From positions 434,001 through 498,000 of the forward strand of contig NIVC01000157.1 in the NCBI GenBank assembly GCA_002269645.1: a stretch of 64,000 nucleotides of DNA, in the 5' to 3' direction. This document shows, one piece after another, positions 1 to 11,700 of this stretch (position 1 is its first letter; every line of letters begins with the position of its first letter). A program made the position numbers and the translations under genes. The notes below the pieces were generated by a model that was not told where the DNA came from, made no database searches, and was given only the letters and a program-made list of their open reading frames with translations. Origin of the DNA: Macrostomum lignano (lineage: Eukaryota).

Positions 1-3000
1 GCAGGTTGGATCAAGTCTTAGTCTTGTGCCTTCAAACTCCAGCATGTCAGAAGCGGCATTCACCGCCTTCTGGATGGTGAGGATCTGCTGGGCAACAACG
101 GACAGCACTTCCAAGTCGATCCGGTTGAACTCGTCGAAGCAGGACCAGGCGCCGCACGAGGCGAGGCCTTTGAAAAATTTGCCCAGCGCAATGTAATCGA
201 GCCCGTCGGAACAGTTGAACACCACGCACTGCTTGGCCACCGCCTTTGCCAGATCTTTTGTGGTCTCCGTTTTTCCAGTGCCAGCTGGGCCCTCGGGCGC
301 TCCGCCCAGGTGCAGGTGCAGAGCGCCGAACAGGGTCCGGTAGCATCGGTCAGTCAGCGGCGTGATCACCAGCCGGCCGCTGTTGCCAAGGTACTCATAG
401 CCGTACCTCAGCATGGAGTTGATCATGCGAGTCTGCAGGTTATTATCCACCCAGTAGTAGCGTAGCTGACTCAGCCAGCTGAAGTCGTTCTCATGGCGTG
501 CTTCAACCTCGATGAGATGCGACAGGACGTCTCTAGCATGAACGTCGAGCACGATAAGCGCCTGCAGAGTTGTCCGGTTTTGTTTGGACAGTTTTCCGCG
601 AACCAGAGTTACAATCTCATCTATCTGGCTGTTGTTCTGCCTCAGGTATTCGGCCATTGCCTCGGGTCCAGCGCGCAGCGACTCGTGCACGCTGTTGGTC
701 CAGTATAGACAAGCGATGGCGAGCACCGCCTGACCCGGCCACTTTCGAACCCACTGGACTCGCTGTGTGTTATTGTAATCTTCCAATGCAGCCTGCGTTG
801 CCATGTGCACCGACTGCACCATGCCTCCCTCCAGTTCAAGAAGCCATTTCTCCACCTGACCGCGAGCCTTGGCCGTTGAAATGATCTCTTTGAGCTGCAC
901 AACCTCTCCTTCGGAGCTCTTCATGTGGGTGATGTCTAGAACTGGGGTGAACTCCAAACTAGATATGCCCTCGAAGCACTTCTTCAGGTGCGGCTGCACC
1001 CTGGTTGGGTCCTTGGTCTCGGACAGAATCTCTAACAGTTCGTCGTTGGAAAGAAAGAAGAAACGTGGAAAGAACAGCCTCTTCTTCTCCAGGTAGTCAT
1101 TTAGGCCTTTTTGGATCAGGTCGAGCAGTTCGTTAGACTTGTGAAGCCGCTCCAGCAGCTTTTCAATGAGGACAACTTGCATCACCCGCTTGTCGGAGAT
1201 GGCCGCTTTCATGATCTCGCGCCAGTTCTTGTCAACCGTGGTGAACCGGCGACCTTCCTCCGGCATCTGGGCCATGATGTCGGGCGAGCTGAAGATCGGC
1301 TCCAAGTAGAGCCAAGTTGCTTGCACCTTCAACCAATCGTCCAGCACGTCCTGTAGCAGAATCAACTTCTGCTCCCAGTCCTTTATCTCATTCTCAAAGG
1401 GCTTGATGAAAGGCGAGCCTCGCATAGTTTGAGTCTTCACGATGTGATCATCGAGCAGAATCTGGATGTCATCGATAGACGAAAGAATGTGAGTTCCGGT
1501 CTCTCTGTAGGGAATCATGACGAACTCGACCGTCTCCCACTCTGCTCGCATCTTGTTGAGCGTTTTCTCCAGATTGTACTCCTTTGTGGCGGCTTCGGAC
1601 ACCGTTTCAAATTTTTGCACGTAGGAGCCGAGGTTCATGGCAAGCAGCTTTGACAGGCTCATGTCTGAGTCCGGCTGCAGTGGACAGCCAATCATGTTGG
1701 ATATTTGGCGCCAGTGCCGGTTTCTCAAGCCCGGGTTGAACAGGCAGGAGATCAATGGCAGGTGCTCTTTGAATTCGTCAACCGATCGCGCATTCTGGCC
1801 GCCATTCGCTTTGCAGCCGGTACATCGTCCAGCACTTTCTCTAGCTTGTATAGCGAGCGCCAGATGCTGCTGACTTCGTCCGCAACAGTGTCCGGTATCA
1901 CGCCGGACATTGGGCCGTCCATCCATTCGCGACTCTTTCGCTGGAAGTCCACTGTAAGCTCGTAGAGTTGCTTGTAGGGTCGCAGAGCCGTCAGCAGCTG
2001 GACTCGCTGGGGGTAAGGCGTCGGCGGCCAACCGTAAGCCTCCTCTTCGGTATTCAGAGCCTCAACCTTCTCTGAGGCCGCCTCCAGTTGGCTGTTCAGC
2101 TTCTGCGCCTTCTCTAAATAGCGCGGCACCTGCGAGATGTCGGCAAAATTCTTGAACTCCTCCAATCGGCGCGCGTAGCTCTGCAGCTCGGCCGCAAACT
2201 GATCCCGCTTGAAGTGCAAGTTCTCTTGGAACTGGACACTTTTGTCCTTGAATATCGCTGCATGCTCATCGAACACGCTGGGCAGCCGAGCCTCCCAAGT
2301 GAAAACGGCGGCGTTCAGCTCCAAGTCGTGGTTAGCGAAGCTGACCCGCTCGATTAGGAACACAAGACGATCGCGGCTCTCGTCCAGCTGTTTAGTGATC
2401 TCAGCCATTGTCTCGGTGCGCGATTTTTCCACAAAGTCGCGCAGCTGCATCAGCTGGGCGGTGCTCGTTGGCAGGGTGAGCGCATTCTCGGCGATCTCCT
2501 CGTAGGTAGACACCAGCCGCTGGTTGCCAAGCCGGTGCAGGTCCATCATGCGGTTAAGGATGCGCTCGCAGAGAATGTCGGAGCGCTCGGTGAGTCCGTC
2601 AATCAGCTGCTGGCAGCGCATGTCGAACGTGCCAAATCGCTGCTGACGAACCGGTCCAGTCAGAGCTCGCTCTCCGAGACGGCGGTACTTCTTCAGCTCG
2701 CGCGACAGCTCGGCAAAGCTGGCACCATCGCTGATGTCGCCACCGGGTTCGCCTCGACGGTCGAGCAGCGCGGCAACCTCGCGCTCCGCCTGTTGCGTGA
2801 CCAGCGCGCCGTAGGCAGTCTCGAACTGGGCCACCTGACGACGCGGCGAGTCACCGTCGCGCTGAAGTGTCTCGGCAACTTGAGCCTTGTGCCACGGGAC
2901 CACCTCGTCGCCGAAGCAAGGCTGCAGTATTGAGGCATTGTCGATAGAATCGGGTCGCGGGATGGATGCCAGGACCGCTAGCGCGGTGTCGTAGATGGCG

Positions 3001-6000
3001 TGCAACCTCGTCACGAAGTCGTTCAAGCCTGGCTCCAAGCGGATGCGATCGTTGTCTAGGCGGCAGCGCAGGAAGAAGCCGGGATGTTCGTAGGCGAGCA
3101 CTGACGTCTGTGGCATGTTTCAAGGTTTGTTAGGCTCATAGTAAAGGGAAAAATAACACGTGTTTTGAGATTTTCTAAGACTCAACAGATTTCATTAAAA
3201 ATAAAAACCGCTCACCTTTGGCTGCACCAGCAGACTTGTCAGCTCCTCAATAGAGGCCAAGCCCATACTCTGCAGCTGCAGCGTCATAACGGTTGCTACG
3301 CAGTTGTTAAACGAGCGAAACAGTTCCGGGTCGCTAGGCACCTGACCATGCTTCTGGCCCCTGGCAACGAGGTGACGAATCTCCGGTACCCACCTTTAAA
3401 ATGAGATTAAAAATTCGTATTAAAAACTCTGAAAGATTCACATCTCAGTAATATTAAATTAGCCAGAAGTGACGCCGCACCACTTCACGAGACGCTCCCT
3501 GACCAGCTCGGTTTGCTTGGCGCAGTTGGCCTGAAATTTTCTCAACTCGAGCGGCTCCTGGCGGTTGCGAAACTGGCGAGTGTTGACGAGTCTCAGGTCG
3601 CTAAAATATTTTCGGACGATTGAGTTGAGCTGTAATTCGTGGATTATGGTTCACGTATGCTTCATCATGGCGCACTCGTACCTGAGAGAAATTTCTACGA
3701 ATTCTTGCGAATCATCTGGCGCTTGAACTCCGGATATTGCAGCAGCAATCGCTTCTGAGGCTGGCACCCTGTGAGAAACAGAGTTACTGTAGTTCTAAAT
3801 TAACTGGAGAATACGGTGTTGGATTCCAGTTAGTCCAAAGGACGACTCACTCTCGATTCATTCATTCATTTAATGGGTCCTCGTATGTTCAAAAATCTGA
3901 GCATACGAGTTAATAGTCAGTCAAGTCATTAGTCTGTAGTGACCTTCAGTGAACTTAGCTGTAAATTGGTTGCCAGCATTAGCCGTGGTAATTGAGGGTG
4001 CGTGTGTGTGGCGACCCCCCAGTCCTTGGACTGAACAGCCATACGCAGCCCCACCACTCGGATCAACCAGTGGGTGGCTTCAAAGCACAGGGAGAGGTGG
4101 GCTACACCCCCGACTGCCGGTAATCCCGCGCGGCTGTCCCCTGTCCTTCTGCCCTGCGCAGGGCCCTGCTTGGACTCAACCGCAGGGACATCAGGACGGT
4201 GACCATGGCCCTCTCGGGTCATGGCTGTTTTGCAAGGCATCGTCACCTCCAGCGAAAAATCGCAGTGAGGAATGCCATTCTGCCTCTCCGGTGTCGAGAC
4301 TGCGGAGCACTTCATCTGTGAATTACTCAAGGACAGGCTCACCGACCTCGGCCCAAACCCGGACCTCTCCGATGTTTTCAGGCCGAGAATCTCTGCCAGC
4401 TCGTCCGCTACCTAAGGGCTATCGGGCGAGCGACAATCCACCTCCTGGACTCTCAGGAGGGGGGCCGCGCTGCGGATACCGGCGCCACCGGATCTCCCTG
4501 CGCGACACCGCAGCACTAGCTGCCCGTGGTCGCCAGGGGCTAGCGAAATGGGCGGCAACGCCTCCTCGCTGTCTCCGGACGCACGGAGCCCCCTGCAGCT
4601 AAGTCAAGCCGTACGCAGTCTTCAGATGCGCCGCGCAATAGCTGCGGCAGAGCTGTTGGTTGCACATCTACCCATTGGGGCAGGTTTAATGAAAAAAAAC
4701 TACAAGATGCAGTGCGTCCCCTCCCACCAACTCACTGGACTCTCCGGTGCCAGACCTCGATCACCTGGCCCAGGCACGCGCTGGTGCAGTACAGCCTGTC
4801 CTCGATAAATCGGCGATTAATTTGAAAATCTCGCGCCCCAGGCCGAGGCGAAGTTCTCAACAGCTCCGGTGCAGTTTGCTCAGCCCCTGCAGACTCCAAC
4901 AGAGCCTCATCACTCTTAGCCCCCGGCTCGCGCAGCACAAAATCTACGATAGCCTGTTTCACGCCAGTCAGATAGTCGTCCCGAACTTCTTCTTGTAGAT
5001 CGGCCAGGAGTTCTTGGTAGGCCGGGATGCCTCGACCAGCGTCGCCGACAAACCCCATGATGTTGGTCATCCATGCTGGTTCCATTGGTGCCACGTGACG
5101 CGTGTCGATGCCGTGATGAATGTAGTAGTAGTATCGCTGAAGTTTTACGATAAAATTGCTTTGACTGATTTAAAAATATTATAGCTAGTTTATAACTATT
5201 TTTTATTCAATAGAAGTTTTTGTTCTAGCAGTGTCATAGACTGCAATTGTTGTGTCACAGACCACGATTGTTTGCAGACCACAATTGTTTACAGATTACG
5301 ATTGTATCACAGATTACGATTGTGTCATGATTGAGTCTCCGCCAATCAGCTGATTTAAAGAAGATTTAAAATAGGCATTACACAGATGTGATACAGATAG
5401 CATCGTGAAGGAGATTCGAACTCGCAGGGAGTCGGAACTCCATGGCAAATTCTATATTTTTATAGTTTGAGCAAACTGGAGATCTGAGTAGTGAACTCAC
5501 CAGCATATCCTTCTCCGTTGCTGACAAGCTAAAGTCTTCCCTTCGCAGAGCCTCCGCCGCTGTCGGGTTGAACTGCTTCTGATCACCCTGCCTGGAGAGG
5601 GCGCACAGAATTCAACAGTCAATAGGCAGAAGTACTCATAGATGTCATATAAATTTTCGCCTCTTACAGGATGATATCAACAAGAGCTTTCCGAAAGTGC
5701 TCTCTGTCGCGTTTGACTTGAGCTCGCAGTGAGCTGGCGTGACCCGAGCGTCTGCGGCGTCTTCTTGTGCTGGAATCCTCTGAATTAATTATGTTAATTA
5801 GGATAGGGGTAATGACTTGTAAGATTACGCTTCTTTGTTATACTTTTGTATGTTCAAATCCACGCCAAAATCTGACATTATCAATCAGCCTTTCAGCAAA
5901 TAGCGTGAAAAAATGCATTTTATGATTTAGTTAAATCAGTTTAAAAGATATTTTTGCGAGGTAGATAAAGTGACTTCTTATCCAGTGTCATTGAAATTTA

Positions 6001-6889
6001 TTTTGTTTTTAATAAGTGAAGAGTGAGAATTGACGACAAGCGTTTTTAGAAAGAACTAGACAAGAAATTTCCTCACCATCCAGAAAATAGTTTTCTTCAA
6101 CAAACTGCAAGAACTGCAGCCAGCTTTCTAGAGAAAAATAATTAAATTGTAAGCAATTAAGTATTTCTGAGTTAGAAACATCATATGTGTAAATAATGCA
6201 TAGCTAAATTTCAGATATTCATTGATAAGAGATAAGAGACAAAATAGAATATTAAACACTCAGGAATCAATGGAGAAAGCATATATAAGCAGTACCAAGT
6301 ATGCTGAGTACAGAGGATAGAAAGTACTTCAGAAATTATTAAAGAATGTATATTTGGAAGCATTAGGCAAAATATATATTTTAGGATTAGAATGCATTTT
6401 AACTACGAATTGTAATACAAACTGCAATAATTGTTAATTCAATTACCATTGAGTAGGGCCACCTAAAAATTAAAACAAGTATAAAATTAGAATAAAGAGT
6501 AAGTAAATTATACATATAGAAATTTTTTGAGTAACTAATAGTATGGTACTTTTAGCGAAATTTTGAAATTTTAATTTTAAAATATAAAACTCACACTAAA
6601 GAATTGTACTTTTCTCTAAAGTACTTATGCAATTATGTGTGTAAAACGTAAACAAATTTATATTATTGGATTTATTATCCGTCAGATTGCACTTACTTGA
6701 TGAAAGCTCAAACACCAGGTCAGAGTTATCCTCCTCCATTGCTTGAGTACCTTTAAGGACAAAAATTGGTTGGTTGGTTGCCCATGGGGGCACAGGTCGA
6801 GGGGCCTCTGATAGGCCAGGTGTCATCGTCATGCTTCTTGATGTGCCACTGCCGCCACTGCGTTTGTCCTTTTTTGGTTGTATAGCCAT
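1..6889 (-). CDS. DNAH7: Axonemal inner-arm dynein heavy chain, DNAH7-like. 5' part of the gene; it continues beyond window position 1. One frameshift near 1782.
   Basis: Manual exon chain on the minus strand with GT-AG introns and consistent phases: 6697-6889, 6077-6127 (symmetric, optional), 5668-5779, 5501-5591, 4736-5136, 3484-3600, 3216-3393, 1-3107. Translation gives ...[24 protein letters not shown]..., [49 protein letters not shown], the AAA1 P-loop GPAGTGKT (268-291) and [11 protein letters not shown] recognise the [18 protein letters not shown]-terminus as DNAH7-type from recall, not from a database search. Confidence 0.93.
4100..4450 (+). mobile_element. Decayed 3' fragment of a non-LTR retrotransposon ORF2 (R1/LOA/I-like) in a dynein intron
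   Basis: Joining frames across about 2 frameshifts reads [34 protein letters not shown]...EC(P)[15 protein letters not shown]...[14 protein letters not shown]. This matches the typical LINE C-terminal pattern L(T/S)GHG-F...CxxC...ETxEHF. Confidence 0.65.
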
Positions 6890-8499
6890 GAGCTATGCTT
6901 GGCTATTCAGCCCTGCTTAGTAGATAAAACTAGTGTGAGTATTATGGCTGAAATGAAATGAAGCAAAATAACAGAATTAAACTTTGAATAGTAAGCAATG
7001 AAACGCCATAATTTTATTTACTTATCATTTACTTCAAAAGAAATTACAGGGGCATATATGTCTACATCTATATGCAGACGGTATATCCTAATTAAATGTT
7101 TAGCTCGCTAAGTACTTCAACCAAGTTTGTCAGATTAATAGCGTAATTATAAGATCTAAATTATTGGTTATTGTTAGGTATATTGTCCATATAGGTCATA
7201 AAATTAAATAAAAAAGTCTATTTTATAATAAAACGATGAATAACTTCTAGACCTTCCCCCCTCCTCTGTCTGCCGCTTCTAATAAACACTAGTCTAGCAT
7301 TAGTCTAGAAATGTCTTCAATTTGAACATATATAATATAATATTCATAAAAGAAGCGATTTTGTCAGATCGAAAAAGCATGTACATAAGCAACACATCAG
7401 GATTCAAAATAAAAACTGCACTCGACCATTAAAAAACTAAATAATGCTGCTTGATCGACTGAAAAGATTTTTTGGCAGTTTGTCATTGCTCGTTTATTAT
7501 TTATTTGATATAATAGTTTACCGCGATAATAAAAAGCTTTTTTTATCACGTGACTATTAAAACATGAAACGCTTTAGACATAGCTTTAGCTTTAGCTTCT
7601 GTAATTGCTCTTTTTACAACTTTCAGAGCTTCACTTTTAGTTTTCCTAAATTTTTACTGACTACAACAATCTCATAAAAATCTAACTCGATCTACAATGC
7701 TGATTGTAAATGCTGATCCATATGCAATAGTCCTGTCGTTGAATTTTAATAAAGTAGGCTGCATGCATTCTGACAAAAGTAGCAACTTAATTTCGTCCGA
7801 GTGATATATTCAACATTTTTCTTCTTTGCTCTTTCAGAATTTAGAATTTACAGCGATAATTTATTACAACATAATATATCATCATCGAAACTTGTACATG
7901 TACACGTACTGAAATTCTAGCGTTTAACTAAAATCTTTCTTCCAAAAAATTGAAAGAATGGTACTGCACAAGAATCAGGCAAATTACTAAATGTATATGG
8001 TGCAACGAAAAATGTACGATCTTTATACGCGTATGTAAATTTGCGGGTATATAGCTACGTGTATGGCTAGTAAAATGGTACTGGCCGAGTTTATTTGATC
8101 CTGCAACATTCAAAATGATGATTTCAGTGGATTCAATTTACGTTGAGCCCAAAGTGTACAATCTCGATACATTCGATCAGATGAAATTTGCCATTAATAA
8201 TTTTTCATATCTTTCCCTATAGTCAATGTCGAAAAATAAAAATCTGCTATGGCTAAGCAATAAGAAAATTCCATTTACATCTGCAATATACATTCGCTAA
8301 GTTCTTGCATATTTCATGAAGCTGAGATCTGAGACACAGGATTAGTTAATCCAACTCATTTTCATGATTTTTTCCATGGCACTCTATGCGATGAGAAGTG
8401 TATAAATGTACATGTAAATTGTGGAGGGTATGCGATACACAGTAGCAGTCGTTCTTATGCTTCCAAGGTTGCACTTTATCAGAACTATCAAAAAAGACT

Positions 8500-9335
8500 A
8501 TAAGAGATACCCCAATGAAATTATCAGAGATACCCCAATGAGATTATCAGAGATTACAGAACGATATTATCAGAGATTACAGAACGAGATTATCAGAGAT
8601 TACAAAACGATATTATCAGAGTTTACAGAACGAGATTATCAGAGTTACAGAACGAGATTATCAGAGATTACAGAACGAGATTATCCGAGATTACAGAACG
8701 AGATTATCAGAGATTACAGAATGAGATTATCAGAGATTACAGAATGAGATTATCAGAGATACCCTATGAGATTATCAGAGATACCCAATGAGATTATCAG
8801 AGATACCCAATGAGATTATCAGAGATTGCAGAATGAGATTATCAGAGATTGCAGAATGACATTATCAGAGATTACAGAACGATATTATCAGAGATTACAG
8901 AATGAGATTATCAGAGATTACAGAACGAGATTATCAGAGATTACAGAACTAGATTATCAGAGATTACAGAATGAGATTATCAGAGATACCCTATGAGATT
9001 ATCAGAATACAATGAGGTTATCAGAGATTACAGACTGAAATATCAGAGATTGCAGAATGAGATTATTAGAGATTACAGAACGAGATTATCAGAGATTACA
9101 GAACGAGATTATCAGAGTTACAGAACGAGATTATCAGAGATTACAGAACGAGATTATCAGAGATTACATAATGAGATTATCAGAGATTACAGAACGAGAT
9201 TATCAGAGATTACATAATGAGATTATCAGAGATTACAGAACGAGATTATCAGAGATTACATAATGAGATTATCAGAGATTACAGAACGAGATTATCAGAG
9301 ATTACAGAATGAGATCATCAGATATATTAGAATGA
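8500..9335. repeat. Minisatellite, 23-bp unit GAGATTATCAGAGATTACAGAAC
   Basis: Tandem copies with point variants are directly visible. Confidence 0.95.
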
Positions 9336-10569
9336 GAGCCACAGTCAAAAATACAACTAGTAGCTCATAAGAGTCAAGTTTTTCGTCAGAGTCATTTTTG
9401 AGTCATTTCGCATCCCCCAAGGGAATCAATCTCTTTCACTTGCAGCAGTCCCCTTCTTCAACGGCCCCACATGCACTTAGCTATCTCCCAGATTTTCCTC
9501 GAAAGCCCCAGCCAGCCCATCAAGTTCCTCTTCAAGCCGTCCACATCAGCCAAATCCTCAATTCAAGATGAGCCAGCAATATAAGATGTACTTTTAGCGG
9601 ATTTCGACATCTCCTTGGCTTGCTGAGGTCATCTTATATTAATGAATTTGCAGCCTTGAGGTATTTTTAGCTTGCAAAAAATTTTCTAGGGTCAAAAATG
9701 AATCTTCATCCTTCTGATCCCGCATCAAGCATCGTCCCAAAAAACGTTGCCACCAGGGGATCGAGGCACGAGAGTCATGCAAAAACATGCAAAATCATAA
9801 CAGACAAAGTTCGTGTTTGTTTGTTTTTAAACTAAGCTTCAAAAACATTTTCGCACCCCTTTGGATGGCAATTGGATTAATAACGGAAAATTTTTTAATG
9901 CGGGACTCCAGTAACAGTGCATGCATGGATGCAGTGTCGGAACTGCTTTTCACTTCATTTTCCCGTGAGCCGCCTCACACCTTAGCGAGCCATTTTGCGC
10001 CCATCTCCATCCTGTCCACTTCACTTGGTGGTTCCGGAGCCCGCAGAACCCTCTCTGTGCACTCCTGCTGGCCCAAATCTCCACAGACCCCCCCCCTTGT
10101 CTTTCCATGCTCCCGAGCTCAGAATGCCTCTCTTCCTTGGCCTCCGCCCTCCCTGAGGATGCTGCACTGGGCTGAGCTCAGCGGCCCCCACTCCCCAAAA
10201 CGCTGGTCGATACGCCACTGAGCAGCTCAAACCGGACTGGAGCGGCCTCTCTCGTCTCTGAGGGGTGATGAGGGCGAGGAAGGGAGAGAAGGGAAGAGAG
10301 CGGAGAGTCTCCTTACTCCCGTCCCCAACACCTGAGTAGCCCTGTTTCTTCATCCCCAGAATCTCTTCCCGTTCTCTGCCCTCCGGTAATCCCCCATTTT
10401 CTCTCCCCCGCGCCGCATTTCCTTCCCTCTCCTCCTCTCTCCCCCAAGCCCCATCGCCATGCAGCAGCCCCCTACTCAAAACTTTGCGCACGAGAGAGAG
10501 AGAGAGAGTAAATGGATGGAGTAAAACAGGGCTCTGGCAGGAAGTTTCCCAGTCGCCATCGCGAATCAA

Positions 10570-10706
10570 AGTTCTGCTTCCGCTGCAGGACAGCTGGTAT
10601 TTCCTTTATAATCTGGTATAAAACCTGAAATTGTCAGTTTAAAGGCTGCCCTTCGTGACACCTGCCTGCAGTTCAGCAGTTCAAAGCTAAGAGGCTTCGC
10701 TGTCAG
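10570..10706 (+). other. Candidate 5' UTR exon of the KIAA0513-like gene (5' boundary uncertain)
   Basis: A strong donor CAG|GTAAGT at 10706/10707 could pair with the acceptor TTAAAG|G at 11532/11533, which lies 9 nt before the ATG at 11542. Confidence 0.4.
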
Positions 10707-11144
10707 GTAAGTGCTGAGCTGTGTCATGAAGAAAGTCATAATTTTTCATGACAATCGGCTTTCATTTTTAATTCCCCTGAAACGAAAATTGTAACTCAGA
10801 CTTAATTGACTTGAATGGAAGCATGGCACGAGACTTAGTTTATATTGCGTAACCTTGTTAATTTTATTAATTGAGACTGATACTGACTGACTGAGAAATA
10901 TATTACGTCATAACTGCTTCGTGTGACTTTTACTTTGACTTGGTGTGAGTGTTGAATTACAAGTGCTACAATTCATTTTATTAAGTCGATGAGAGCTAGC
11001 CTGGATGTGAACAGACTGAACTGCTTATGCAGCGACCTGGGTTCGAATCTTAACGATATAATTTATTTTATTGAAAGCTTTCATTAAATATTAAACATAA
11101 ACGTTGCGTCATGTCAAGCATGTCCAATGCTAAAAGCTTACCGG

Positions 11145-11375
11145 GGAAATAGCTGAGATGTCAAGGCTTACTGGGGGAATTGCTGAGATGTCAAGACTTA
11201 CTGGGGGAATTGCTGAGATGTCAAGACTTACTGGGGGAATTGCTGAGATGTCAAGGCTTGCTGGGGGAATTGCTGAGATGTCAAGGCTTACTGGGGGAAT
11301 TGCTGAGATGTCAAGTCTTACTGGGGGATTGCTGAGATGTCAAGACTTACTGGGGGAATTGCTGAGATGTCAAGG
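11145..11375. repeat. Minisatellite, 30-bp unit GCTGAGATGTCAAGACTTACTGGGGGAATT
   Basis: About 7-8 tandem copies. The reverse complement matches units at 62330-63280. Confidence 0.92.
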
Positions 11376-11541
11376 TAAATCGGATTCACATAAGTAGTTT
11401 TCTGTGAAGGGGGGCACTTGGTTGCTAGTCGACTATGGTTGACTTGACAACCAAGTGTTGTCTGACGCAACTCCTCAAGCTTAACGATAAATTTCAATTC
11501 CTACTTTTTTGGACCTCCCTCCCGCCTTAAAGGTCACTGTG

Positions 11542-11656
11542 ATGAATTTTGGTGGAATTTTTGGCGGAAGCGGCGGCGCTGGAGGAGGAGGCGGCGGTTC
11601 GGGAACAAACCGCCCAGGCATGTCGATGGGCCCCGCCGGAGGCAGCGGCAGCGGAG

Positions 11657-11700
<44 letters not shown>

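Noticed and set aside
1752-1800. Programmed -1 ribosomal frameshift in dynein
   Set aside because: There is no X XXY YYZ slippery heptamer at the junction, and a one-base loss in a G run explains the shift more simply.
3949-4602. 217-aa plus-strand ORF
   Set aside because: It has no recognisable protein character in that frame. The signal comes from a frameshifted LINE remnant read in other frames.
8421-9263. ORFs over non-coding arrays (also 14290-14790, 16200-16731, 19722-20436, 25322-26426, 28499-29216, 29606-30089, 30357-30869, 31214-31927, 38580-39058, 44934-47605, 47775-49239)
   Set aside because: These are low-complexity translations of mini- and microsatellites, open in several frames at once, with no homology signal.
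9400-10570. GC-richer segment with 144-aa and 182-aa ORFs, possibly a decayed element
   Set aside because: The ORFs are interrupted by stops or are purine/pyrimidine-biased, and I could not identify any motif.
10990-11060. tRNA gene
   Set aside because: It has a B-box and a weak A-box but no acceptor stem or proper anticodon arm. Kept only as a low-confidence SINE-like finding.
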